Assembly: GCA_964016885.1 (NCBI GenBank) | Contig: OZ024753.1 | Span: 45,384,001 to 45,448,000, forward strand | Length of the DNA stretch: 64,000 nucleotides | Direction: 5' to 3' | Source of the DNA: Eledone cirrhosa | Lineage: Eukaryota | Part shown: one piece after another, positions 47,896 through 62,035 of the stretch | Layout of the letters: the number at the start of each line of letters is the position of its first letter | Position numbering within the stretch: position 1 is the stretch's first letter | The notes under the pieces: model-generated | Seen by the model: the letters and a program-made list of their open reading frames with translations, nothing else | Database searches by the model: none | What the model was told of the DNA's origin: nothing | Program-made: the position numbers and the translations under genes

Positions 47896-47897
<2 letters not shown>
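47707..47897 (+). mobile_element. Hairpin/hammerhead-half element family, copy D (most complete)
   Basis: 52 bp arms at 47707-47758 and 47765-47816 (2 mismatches), 6 nt loop, then an ~80 bp tail ending CTTCGTT; pure (TA)n on both sides. Confidence 0.9.
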
Positions 47898-47931
<34 letters not shown>

Positions 47932-48128
47932 TTATTCTTGGTGTATTTATATAAATATATGTTCATGTTTTAGTAAAATTGTTTCTGTATATAATTGTCC
48001 TCTTCGATTTATATGCACATTGGTAATACTGCAATTGTCTATGTAATTATATATACATTTAAATATATATATATATATATATAGTGACGAAACATAAGTC
48101 AATTGCATGAACTCATAATCCTTTATTT

Positions 48129-48185
48129 ACTGCTATATATATTTCGAGGATAGGCCATTGAATGGCTATGACCTCATCAAGCAGT
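48129..48185 (-). ncRNA. Candidate minimal type I hammerhead motif in a ~165 bp (TA)n-flanked element (48083-48249)
   Basis: Minus strand ACTGC-TTGATGA-GG(tc)ATAGCCATT-C-AATGGC(c)TATCC-TC-GAAATATATAT-A-GCAGT-AAATAAA. Confidence 0.55.
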
Positions 48186-48247
48186 TAGTCAGTTCTTAGA
48201 TATGCCAGTTCTGTGTTTATGGTGTTGATGTATCAGAGCCTTGGGAC

Positions 48248-48288
<41 letters not shown>

Positions 48289-48987
48289 CCAATTACGGTC
48301 TTAACACATCATAACATAAACAAAATTGATATTTTTTAACAATCATAAAAATATTTATATTTCCAAACTGTCTGGTTACTAAACATTCATTAACTGGATG
48401 AAATTGTGTTGTATTTACATAACACATTACACTATAATGGATGATGTAGATTAATACAATTGAACGGCAAATTGCCCAAAATTCTGTTTCATTTGTTTAT
48501 CTTTATAAACTGTAGTACAGAGACGAGGGAACATTGAGAAGCCAGATAATGATTAAATTAAGCGGTAATGAAATCTTAATAATCATATGTCAATAGTACA
48601 TGTTTTCTGTTTTTTTCTGTAAACAACCTTAGTATCAATTAATGTAAAGGAAGATATGTTTATACCCAGAGATGCTGTAAAATAGCCCAAAAGAAAGTGT
48701 TGATCGAAAGTGATGAAAGAAGTTCCTATCTTTTAAGGCTCTTCAACCTATTTTATAAGCTATTTCGTAGCATCTCTGCTGCTCGTTATCCCGGCTATAT
48801 ATATATTGTCTATTGATATCGATATTTAATCGGCTTCTGACTTTAAAAAAAAAAAGCATTTGTAGCGTAAGCTCACACACACATATATATATATGGCTCA
48901 TTGTAAAAATATATACAATTTCTGTTTTAATGCGTTTTGGAAATACCAATACTTCCCTCCTGTGTTTTGTATCTTCGGCTCTGCCAC

Positions 48988-49060
48988 GCTGGTTATTTTT
49001 ATCCTTTCAGTGTCAAAAAATAAAGTGGCATTTGCATACTGGGTGTAATTCTTTCTCTCT
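48988..49060 (+). mobile_element. Old SINE central fragment (second copy at ~51018-51090)
   Basis: CGCTGGTTATTTT.ATCC.TTCAGTGTCAA.AAATAAAGTGGCATTT.CAT.CTGGGTGTAATT is shared by both sites and resembles the SINE core. Confidence 0.55.
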
Positions 49061-49894
49061 TTCCACCTCACTTTATCTCTGGAAGATATTAATTGTTGCC
49101 ACATATGGGGAGGTTTGAGTCATTCTCCCTCGACACCCAGTTTGTCTTGAAGATATTCCAAACACCCAATAGATGCTGAGGGGTCAAAAATAGAAAGATC
49201 TTATTACAAGATTGCAAATAGAAGTATTCCATGACATTGTGCTTAGTTTGAAAACTTCGGTTTATATAGGATATATATATAGGATATATATATATATAGG
49301 ATAGAAAAGCCAAACCCATTAATTACATTTCCTTTATTTTGAAAAATGGATGTTTACTCCGAAATATTATGAAATATAAAGTAGGAATATAAAACATTTG
49401 TTTTGTTTCTTTTTTGGTACTTTACTCCAATTTCTACCTCTAATTTGTAACGTTCAAAACAATCCCGTACATATTTAAACTGTACACTATATTACCAGTG
49501 TATATTCTCAAGCAAGGCTTAATGAAATTTCTACTATTTATCATATAAACTTCCGTGGCTAATGTAACTGATAAATTTCCCAAGGATATTTTATTGACAC
49601 ATCAACCCCGTTAGATAATATATCTGTCTACTTAAGATGGAATGGGTTTTAAAGAAAAACTGCTGCAAAATCTTCATAGAATTAAACGACGTCTTTCTAA
49701 ACTAATTCATATCACTGCGGAAATGTTTTATGTTGGATGTTTATCTTACATTTGTTTTATATTTCACTGAGTTGTCTTTTCAAGGAAAACTACTTCAGCC
49801 TTTTTTGAAAGCGTACTTCATGAATCATATCCCACTCAAATGCACAGATCAATACACACAGGTAAACAGATCGACAGACATACATATGTACGCA

Positions 49895-49943
<49 letters not shown>

Positions 49944-50467
49944 GTATGTGTGTGTGTGTGTATATATGTATGTATATATGTATATATAAACACATATGTC
50001 CAATTACCAAATACATAATGAAGTGCATTTTCAAGAATTAAAATCAAGATAGGAATTGACGTTGCAAAGTAAGTGGCAAGTTGCATAAGTAGGAATATAT
50101 TTCATCTTCTTGAAATATTATTACATTAGAAGAATGGCAGAAGAATTAAAATGGCATTCAACGATCAACTTAATACTGTAATAAATTTTAGCGGAACATT
50201 TAGTAATGTCGAAGGGATTAAATTCTGAAATCTGAGTGAGAAATTAGAAACTATGTGCCTGGAAGAAATTTTATGGAATCTCTGCTTTCGCTGCAATACA
50301 AAAGTTAAGAATAAATATGAAAAAAAATGTCAATTATAAATAAATAACGAAATGTAACACAAAACATCATGTACATTACCATTGATGATGATGATGATAT
50401 ATATATATATACATACATATATGTGCATGTAAATATATATATTTATATCGATAAATATACACACACC

Positions 50468-50526
<59 letters not shown>

Positions 50527-51387
50527 ATAAATAGAAAAACGATCGTGAAATTGTCAAAAAAATGTAGAGAAGAACAAAAGCCAAAATCTATGAAAATAAT
50601 ATTGTAAAGATTCTCTGAAGAAGAATATAAGAAGAATATATTCCCAACTGTCAAAGAAATTTGTAAGAATAACTGAAATACGAAATGTTAATTTCTTCGG
50701 TTTAGAGATTAAAAATACATGTGAGAAATCTTAAGTCAATGGCACAGTCTGACTAGGACTACAATATACAATTTGTCTCTGCAATGTTTAGACTCTGAGG
50801 TTCGTGGTTTGGAAGGGTTCTGGCTGTTATTTCTAGCAGATTCAGAATGAGAAAGATGAGAGTAAAGAGGTAAAAGTAAGACGAAACTTGTAAATCAATG
50901 TTTGTGTGTATCTGGGTGTTGATTTATTTATAGCTGTCAGCAAATTCGTACACTCCAAGGGTTTACAATATATCTTCCAGACGTTTGTCTCCTCAGATCA
51001 AATACAGGGTTTACCAACGCTGGTTATTTTCATCCATTCAGTGTCAATAAATAAAGTGGCATTTTCATGCTGGGTGTAATTTCTTTCTGTCTTAGATATT
51101 GTTGCCTCGTGTTCCCTGCACATTATGGAGAAGACTTTGTCCCGAAATATGTTAAGGGGCACACGTCGACACAGACACTCCATCTCGTAGGTGAACAACT
51201 CCACCGCAAGTTCAGTGACTAGGGACGTGCTCCGTGGCAAGAACCCTGGAAGTTTCCAGTGCCACAGGCCCGACTACAAACCAATCAGAGAAAGGCCAAT
51301 ACCGCGACAATTTGCCTTCATCGACATGGCGAACAGTGAATCCGGGCTAGTAACTGAATGAACCAGGTGGGGAAGATATAACATGAA

Positions 51388-51423
<36 letters not shown>

Positions 51424-51555
51424 ATAATAATAAATTTGAAGACTAAAATCCAAAGAGCGCTCGATAAGGATAAATATATATCAAATATATAACAACCGTA
51501 GAGCAAAATTCATAAGGGTGAAAGCACCGATTTTTGCTTAAACTTTAATCAGTTA

Positions 51556-51587
<32 letters not shown>

Positions 51588-52164
51588 GCACATATATATA
51601 TATATATAGCACATATATACTGTATAAACACGTCATACACATACATATACCCTATCAAAACATATACACCATACACACATATACATGCACCACATATATG
51701 TCACACACACATATATATACACAAGACTGTATATATATAGACACATATATATACACACACACAAGACTGCAACACAATATTACATACAATCAAACAGTAT
51801 ATAATCAGAGAGCAGGATAGTATATTCTGTGAATAATATATTAAGAAAGTGAAAGTCAGAGAAAGATATTGACACAGTAATACAGTGTATGTGATAAAAG
51901 ATTAACACTGGAGCTCTATTAAGTACTACACGGATCACTGATTAGACATACCTGACCATGGCACCGATGTAATCGAAACTTGGAACTTAATCTAGCGTAG
52001 ATAAATGTACTTGCTATTAGATTCCGTCGATTGTGTTATAAGGATGCCGTATATATATAATATATATAATGTACATATACACACACACACTCATATATAT
52101 ATATATATACACACGCACTCATATATATATATACATATACACACCCACTTATATATATATATAC

Positions 52165-52587
<423 letters not shown>

Positions 52588-52951
52588 AACACGATGTAGT
52601 TTGTGATACAGTATTTTAATTGAACTACATCTCATAAATATCATATGTGATATATCAAGATATTCTGTACGATATATCTGCATAGTCAATTGGTGGATGG
52701 AGTTAACTCTAACATATAGACATTAGCTTCACTGACAATAATATTAATATCATCACTAAATTTAAGATCTGACTGAGCTGAATACATGCATCGGCTTCAA
52801 TGAACAACTTTAATTACTGTCTATACCTGTGGTTTACAATACTGTGGAAACGAGCATATGCTATATGTCTGTCTGTCTGTCTGCCTGTTTATTTATCTTC
52901 CCATCTATTTATTTATCTACCTGCCTAACTTTATCTCTCTCTCTCCATATA

Positions 52952-53000
<49 letters not shown>

Positions 53001-54012
53001 AGAGAGTTTGTGTATATATATGTTTGTGTATATATATGTTTGCGTATATATATGTTTGTGTATGTATATATATGTATATATATATACGGTGAAAGAAGAA
53101 AGGACAGGAAGTTGTGCAGCTGGAAGGTCAGGTGCGATTTGTGCTAGCTTTAGCTACTCATTCTAACATGTCAAATGTCCATATATAATCTCCCTTCCTT
53201 AACTCTATTAGGAGAAAGATTTCGGCCGAAAACGGAACTTTGTAATGGAGTAGGTCGTATGTAATTGCAATGTAAATAGTAAGGTGATAATATTTAATTA
53301 TGAAGTAAATGTAAAGTGTAAATAATAATGATGTCCTAAAGTGCAGGATGTGAACTTCTAAACCATGAGCATTCCCTCCAATAACTCATCAACTCAGCCA
53401 TCTCTGTTCGACTGTAAAGATAAACAAAACTTCATCTTCAAGTGTTCCGAATTGCAATAAATCCAACCACCTGATTGTCTGCAGGACAGAAGCTATACAT
53501 CCGCTTTCACCAACAAAACGCTCACAATACGTCGGAATTTGTCAATCTTTTTCCGGCCTGTTATTCCTTGTAAGGATTCTCCACTACAATTTTCATTCAA
53601 TCGATGGTAACAGCTGCTATTTCAGAGATACAATTCTAAATTCCCTAAAACTAAAATTTCACAAATATTTCCTAAATATAACCATCGCAGAACGCATAGT
53701 TTCATTAAAATATCGTATACTTGTTTCAAGCAAACTTAATATCACTGATAATATCGAATAATATATAATATTCAAGGTAGCTTACATACATACTTATATA
53801 TACGCACGAACATATATCTGCGTATATATATATATATACATACATACGTTATATATATATATACATACATACGTATATATATATAATATATACATACATA
53901 TATACATACGTATATATATATACATACATACCTATATATATATATATATACATACACATACGTATATATATATACATATATATATGTATATATATATATA
54001 TATATACATACG

Positions 54013-54046
<34 letters not shown>

Positions 54047-54052
54047 TACGTA

Positions 54053-54108
<56 letters not shown>

Positions 54109-54209
54109 CATATATATATGTATATATATATATATAATACGTATATATATATACATATATATATATGTATATATATATATGTAATATATACATACGTATA
54201 TATATATAC

Positions 54210-54240
<31 letters not shown>

Positions 54241-55210
54241 CATACGTATATATATATATATACATACGTATATATATATATTATGTTTGTGTGTTTATAT
54301 ATAAGTGTATTATATTCTGGAAGTAATTACATTTTCAGTTCTCGATACTATTTTACTTATTTATCCAAATAAATCAATTTGTTGCATCTAAAAGCGATAC
54401 ATGCAGTTACTTCCCTAAAGCAGTATTACTTATTAGTTTATTACATACAAATGCTGCTGGTTAGCAGATTCCACAATTACATTTCAATTTGCAATTAAGA
54501 GGTTTCCAGGAGAGGCTTCCATGACTGCAATCCCTATTTCCTTAAAATATCTACTTTGACCAATTAAGTTTCCGTAATTACCGCCATCAGTTATTGGGGT
54601 GATACTCTATTAGTTTGTGTGTTCATCACTGCATTTCAATATACCTTCGCATTGTCCATAACACCTTCATCTTCACATATTTAGTGGTAAGAAACTCTCA
54701 GGAGAGCTTGACAGCAGAAGCTCTTCAGAGAACAAACTCACCCTCAAGCGAGTATTGCGGCCCTTAACTTCTAAGTATCTCCTAAAATATGCATGGCCTT
54801 GTGCATCTTCTCTCCACATATTTACAATATATAGTTAGAAATAGTTTAATGTCATATTATTTACGCTTGCCAATAATACAGAGTTAACACAGTTTTCTCA
54901 CATACCGAGTCTGCACAGATTTCTATAGATGGCTTTCTACATTAAACAAATTAACCAAATAATATAAACTAAAAAAAAAGGAAGGAACAAAAGACAGATG
55001 TGGCATTTATTCTGCGATATATTATATTTTATTGCAAGAATAGATAATTCACTTACACATTCCGAGATGTCGTAATATATTATAAAATTGCATCTAGTAA
55101 AAGATAAATCATAATTATATTTAAATAGGTTTGATCAGCTAAAGTTTAGACATGAGATAAAATGTATCTATAGAAACACATTTACATACAGACACAAACA
55201 TGTATGTATG

Positions 55211-55241
<31 letters not shown>

Positions 55242-55376
55242 ATATATGTAATCTGGGTTTTTCGAATATTAATAATAACATTCGATTCGTTTGCAATTAT
55301 GCAAACAAGCCTCAATTTTATAGCCATGTCAGTAGAATGAATACTTCATTCTTGCTCTTTTATATATATATATAAT

Positions 55377-56005
55377 GGTGATGAAAGGGATGAGGCCAGC
55401 CTTTGTGGTGGGCGTGTGCGGCTCACTATCGTAAGTTCGGTTTCCTGTGGCGGCCCATTGTGGCGTTCAACAGGATATTTAATAACACAATTTTTCAATT
55501 CACCCAACTGCCAAACTGAGTTCTACCAGTAAATTTAAGCGTCAGCCCTAACAACAGATAATTTATTACTCTACATAATATATACATTTTGAGCCATATG
55601 TAGTGTCTCGCCTTCTCAGCTGCCTACAATAATGCCCACGAACATGTGCCGAGAGTCCAAGTCATCTAAACAACCCTGCTTTCAACAGATCCACTGATAC
55701 CTATCTTTACATGATGTCCCCCATTCACTGGCTTCGCCAATTTCAACCAGCTCACTGTCCTTCATTGTTTCCCAGTTCAATGAATCATCGATGTTCCCTT
55801 CCCTAGAGACTGTAAGCTCCTTCAACTTCACCACCTTACTTTCCTTCCAATACAAGACTATATCGGGTCCATTAGTGGTAACAAAAGATGGAAGTGGTAT
55901 TTTTCATTCAGGTTAACTGAGATTTTCGAAATACCCACCATCATGTCGAATTGGGTCAGTTTCCTTTCATACGGATACGTATGCCACTCCTTTTGTATAT
56001 GGGTG
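55377..56005 (-). mobile_element. 3' fragment of a HERO/NeSL-like non-LTR retrotransposon with a restriction-like endonuclease
   Basis: Minus-strand translation from 55900: IPLPSFVTTNGPDIVLYWKESKVVKLKELTVSREGNIDDSLNWETMKDSELVEIGEASEW, then frameshifted KIGISGSV; cf. RPDIVLW...ELTVPWEENI...KY.ELV...GW...EVGCRGF. Confidence 0.8.
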
Positions 56006-56148
56006 TGAACACATCTTTATCAAAAATATAATTGTATTACTTAAAATATATGTATATAGTCATATATAGTATATTTATGTATATATATGTATATATGTCT
56101 GTGTATGTATGTATATAATATACATTTCCCTAGCTTTCACGTTTTTTC

Positions 56149-56294
<146 letters not shown>

Positions 56295-58326
56295 AAGAGA
56301 GAGAGAGGGAGAGGGGAAAACGTGAAAGCTAATATATATATATGTGTGTGAGTATGTGCATTTTAATATGAAACAATTTGATAACAGGATTATTATGTTT
56401 CCTTTAAATATATAATTAGTATATTTTTACATCCTGGGCGATGTCTAGACGTGTTCATTAAGAGAAAATAAATAAATAAATAAACACAGATACATTCACA
56501 CACACTTATACACACTTATACACACAATCACACGTACGTACAAGCCCCTCCCCATTTATATATATAGACACACACACACAGATACATTCACACATACACA
56601 CTTACGATCACACGTACATACAAGCCCTTCTCATATATATCAATATATATATACACATACACACACACAGATACATTCACACATACACGATTACAATCAC
56701 AGATATATACATACCACGCCCATATATATATGTGTGTGTATATATATATATATAATGAAACAATCTCAAGTATTGTAATTATATAGCCAGATAAAGTCAC
56801 AGTAGCTACTATACATTTTACCATGCTGTATATTAGATATTTCATTTTTTTTTTTTTTTTTTCATTTAATTTTTGCATATTTTGTTAAATTTTACATTTA
56901 TTATATTCGTTACTGAATAGTTTCTGGGCACCATATTATTAAATTTCAGAGATGCTTATTCATTTGAAATATATAATATTGGGCTAAGCTAATTCACTCT
57001 AAATAATGCCTCATTATAACTATGTGTGGAATTAAATATATGTGTTAGTGAAATGAGAACAGATTTATGTCTAACTAGTGAATATATCAGCTGCTAGTAT
57101 AACTGTTTGATATATTATTATCGACGCTAGGTGGCAGTGATGGTGGCTTAGTAGAATGGTTATGTTATAGCGTAGGAGCAAAATACCTCGAGATATTTAT
57201 TTATTAGGTGATTATCTGCATTGAAACCTCAGTGAGATCGTTTAGCCATTCATCTTTTTGATATAATGGGGTGACTTATTCCTCAGTATATCTGTCCTAC
57301 TTCATCTCTATTAATTTATCTCTCTTCTTTTCGGGTAGAAAGATGTGTTCTGATCTGAACAAGGGATGAGCTCTACCAGCTTTAAAAAAAATATCCAATA
57401 CATGTTGTAAGTCACTATTGCACCCTACGATTCTACAAGGAGTTAAGGCTTCATATACACACCTAGTTACTGTTATTTACGCTCTGATTACAAATCTCAT
57501 ATAGGTCAACTTTATCTTTCACCCTATCTTCCTCATCCTTAGTTTAGGGAAGCCAGTTGTACTTATTCTCTATTTGTCTTACACAGGAATTAAAATGTTA
57601 ATTGTAAAATAAAATATAATAGAAATATAAATGATATTTGTCAATGATTCCTGGTAATTCTGAGTAAGAGATACAGATAGAGAGGCGGAAACAGTCGTTA
57701 CAGATTATAGAAATAGTTGGGCAGTAGAGGACATCATCATAACTATGTATGGTCGTTAGAGGAACTACAGAGCTTCGGATAGGACTATATAATGGTATGA
57801 CAGCAAACGGTTGAGCTACTAACTGCGGTGACACTTCATGCAGAAAAGGGGATTGAATACCCTAGGCACTGCACAGGGTGTCACACTAACACAGTCATGC
57901 GTGAAGGAGATACAAGCTGACGTGCACCTCAAGCGAGAGCCATGTAGTGTTGTATGACGGCCATGTGTAATGCCCGAGAACGTGTATACGCGTATCACCC
58001 GCACATGCGCATGCATGCATCTGTGTAAGGGGAAAGGGAGGTGGCGGGAGTGGTGTAGCTGGTGTAATAATGACTGTGGATGCAGATGTATGCACATAAG
58101 GTGCAACTGTGTGTATGTGTATGCAGGTTGTTTGCATGGAAAGCTACATCTGTGTTCAATGGACCCGATAAGGTAAATATACATATGTGAGAAAAGGAAT
58201 TTGACAGCTATCTGGGAGCAGGGGTATATATATATGTATATATGTGTATATATATATATGTGTGTGTATATATATATATATATATAGGCACGGTCGTTGA
58301 GATTGTCCTCTCTCTCTCTCAATATA

Positions 58327-58492
58327 CATGGACACACTAGAAGAGGAAGACCAAGGTTAACGTATGTTGATGCCCTAAGGACAGACACTGGTCTATTGGA
58401 GACGCAGGACATGGCAGCGATAATGAGGGGACAGAGACCGCTGGAGAGAACTCGTCCATGGATCTCGGGAATTTTACCCGCCTTAGAATAGA

Positions 58493-58495
<3 letters not shown>
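58327..58495 (+). mobile_element. RTE/RTEX LINE ORF2 C-terminus and 3' tail, 5' truncated
   Basis: HGHTRRGRPRLTYVDALRTDTG...MAAIMR (cf. HG.R.RGRP..TYID.L..DTG...M.DR..W), then a (TAGAA)n tail. Confidence 0.8.
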
Positions 58496-58523
<28 letters not shown>

Positions 58524-59186
58524 CGGTGGTTGAGATTGTATCTCTCTCTCTCTCAATATATATGTATATATATATATATATATACACACACATAACTGTA
58601 TTGGTAAGATGGAATATTTTCCCTATTTCTGATTCCTATACATGTTCCTTCCTAGCTTGTTGACTGCTAGAATTATTCTCGAAGCGTTTGAACTCTTCAC
58701 CCTTCACTGACTAATAATTTCATTTCAAGAAAATGAAATTAGAACAAGTCTCGCCGTATATCTAATAAGACTAATTTAATATACATATATATAAATAAAC
58801 ATACATATATATATATATATATACACACACACATATATGTGTGTATGTGATACATTTGAAGTAACTTAGCGAACTTTGACGCCAATCGAAATGTGATAGC
58901 ATGCCGAATAATAAAAGCCAGATCAAGAAACATAATCATTCACTATTCATTATTTGTACGTATGAAAGATCAGGAGGTCGTTTATCTTGCTTTTCACATC
59001 AACTTATACGTTTTGATTGACATAAATTTATTTACGAAATGACACCATTGTTTCTTCATGTTGTCTAGCCGCCCAATCTCTGGCAATATGGGAAATAGCG
59101 GAACAACGGACTTACATTTTAGGATTATTTTCATGTAAATAGAAGAAACTGTCTTCTCTGTACACACACAATCACATATACATATA

Positions 59187-59230
<44 letters not shown>

Positions 59231-59292
59231 TGTCTCTCTCCCTCCCTCCCTTTCTCTCCCACCTCTCTCGCTCTCTCTCTGTATATATATGC

Positions 59293-59323
<31 letters not shown>

Positions 59324-59475
59324 CGTATATATGTCTTGTTTGACTGATTACTTAAGTTTTGCCACATCAGTTAAATGTTTGTTATATTTATACTAAAAAA
59401 ATCTATTAGTTCCAAAATAGTCCCTGTTATGCGTCAACCATTTTATTCTTGTATACATAACCACACACTCTGACA

Positions 59476-59627
<152 letters not shown>

Positions 59628-59704
59628 ATTTCAAAAAGCAATGGGCGAAGACAATGAAATGCATCACAACAAAAATGCATTACAATAACATTTAGTTGTG
59701 ATTA

Positions 59705-59805
59705 GAAAATTGGATTTACAATCTTGTTGTTGCGAGTTAGATTTCCAGACCGGGCGATGCGTTATCTTCGAGAGCAAGACATTTTATTCCATTTTGCTCC
59801 TTCTG
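59705..59805 (+). mobile_element. Degenerate CORE-like SINE 5' part
   Basis: GCGAGTTAGATTTCCAGACCGGGCGATGCGTT...GAGCAAGACATTTTATTCCATTTTGCTCC; same family as 46265-46500. Confidence 0.45.
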
Positions 59806-60784
59806 CCAAGAATTGTGACCGGTAGATAGTATCAGCAATAGGACAGACTAAAGGAAACATGGTTTACTTGGTCCGATCTGACGAGTTTTACCTCATTCTG
59901 TGAGTGAAGTCTGATATCTTGTCGATTTTGATTTCATAGCATAAAAATTCACTCAGAAAAAAAAAAAGAAATATCGAAGCTCCCTAAACACTAATATTCT
60001 CTCAAAAACACCTCAAATAATATTGCGAACGTTGCCCAGGGGTTTCTAAAGAAAAAAGCACTGTTCAGTGTCCACAAATTCCTTGATCGATTACTGACAT
60101 TTTAGGAATTTCCTTGATTATAGAAGTCCCGAATCAATAAAGCCTCTGGGATATACAACAAAAAGACTAACAGCAACATTACCAAGTTTATAGAGTTACA
60201 TATCTGTACAAATAGAATAAAGATTCCATCACGTTTTAGACCTTCCAATCCTTTCCCAGAAACATTGACGATACATCAACGCCAGGCACGTACAAAAATA
60301 AAATAATAATATAAACAGACCATAAATATTAATTCTAAATGAGGAAGATTTACAAGAACATTTACAAGAAAGATGTATTTTATTTTACTACTATTATATC
60401 TAGTTTACTTCCTTATACGGAGGTCAGGTTTTTGGCAAAAAAATTCAATAGACACAGACTAGTTCAACCGACTCGTGGGGATCGATATCGATTTTGTTGG
60501 GGACCCATGGAATAGGGTTTTACATATATGTCATCTTGTCATATGTCATAAATTAAATTGTCATCCTTCCCGCTGATGTATTTAAATGGTTAAAAGTTCA
60601 TGAAAATATTAAAGAATTAAATATTTAGTCAAATATAAAAAAAAAGGAAAGTAGCATAGCAAAAGAGTAGAAGTGAGAAGAAAAGAAAGGGAAGGATAGG
60701 ATTGTAATACAACGAAAGAAAGAAAGCAGGAAGGGGGGAGAGTGGTTGACTGCACATTACAGGTAATATAAATACCAGCGACAT

Positions 60785-60992
60785 ATAACTGATATATATA
60801 CACTACTCTATTTACTGATAATATATATACACTACTCTATCTATTTACTGATAATATATATACACTACTCTATCTATTTACTGATAATATATACACTACT
60901 ATATCTATTTACTGATAATATATGCACTACTCTATCTATTTACTGATAATATATGCACTACTCTATCTATTTACTGATAATAAATATATACT
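60785..60992. repeat. ~30 bp minisatellite TACTGATAATATATACACTACTCTATCTATT (~6 copies)
   Basis: Direct reading. Confidence 0.92.
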
Positions 60993-61574
60993 ACTTTCCA
61001 AATCATATACAAAATTAAGCTATATTTCAGAATATATTCATCATATCTATAATCTGCAGATTCCCATCATATAATTCATTGAGATGTGAGCAAGATCGAT
61101 AACATAAAGTAATCCGCTTAATTGTTATTTGATTTTTTGTATTTTGTTGTTTTTTTTATTAATAGAAATAATCAAACTAATTAAATTCTCGCTTATTATG
61201 TTTTCTTGTATTTCCACTGTTCCTATTATAACCATTTAATACTTGAAATGTTAGTAATTTAATTGTGTTACGAATTAAACTGGGTTTTAGGTCATCTTTC
61301 AATGGTTAATCATCGTTGTTTTATCAGCGATGTGTTTATATTGAATGTTTAATATATTTCTACACGGGATTCACTTATAAATCATACATACATTGATAGA
61401 TACATCTTCACATATATAGGCCTTCACATATTTACTTAAACATAGAAATACACACAAAAATACACTCACATTTATATATATATATGTATGCATGTAGGCA
61501 TGTATGCATGTGAGTATATATTTATCTGCGTGTGTATGTGCGTGTCTGTGTATTTTATAAAATGTATATAAGTA

Positions 61575-62035
61575 TATATAGAAATTACATGAATCAAAGT
61601 TCTGTTCAAATCATTTATTCGCTTACAATTGTTTCTTCTAAACCGAGGTTTGGAGTCTTCGGAGCAATTTTTCAATGATTGTTTACATACATGACCTCCT
61701 TTTCAACACAAGAGACATACAGAAACATATGTATATATTGATGCACAGTGGGTTGACATCCATTCTTTTAATATGACTTTAATCTGACTTTAATCTTTAA
61801 TATGACTTTAATCTTTGAATGTAAACTGCCATGCTTAAATATTATAATGGATGTCAACCCACTGTGCATCAATATATACATATGTTTCTGTATGTCTCTT
61901 GTGTTGAAAAGGAGGTCATGTATGTAAACAGTCATTGATAAATTGCTCCGAAGACTCCAAACCTCGGTTTGGAAGAAACAATTGTAAGCGAATAAATGAT
62001 TTGAACAGAACTTTGATTCATGTAATTTCTATATA
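61575..62035. mobile_element. Inverted pair of 190 bp Penelope-like pseudo-LTRs (61575-61764 and 61846-62035), each with a hammerhead-like motif and AATAAA
   Basis: The arms reverse-complement with ~3 substitutions; the right arm has GCT-CCGAAGA-C-TCCAAACC-TC-GGTTTGGA-A-GAAACAATTGT-A-AGC-G-AATAAA at 61945-61996. Confidence 0.75.

Noticed and set aside
53300-53770. Possible LINE ORF1 relic (similar weak cases at 50520-50680, 51100-51330, 60000-60400)
   Set aside because: Only vague resemblance across multiple stops; no diagnostic motif.
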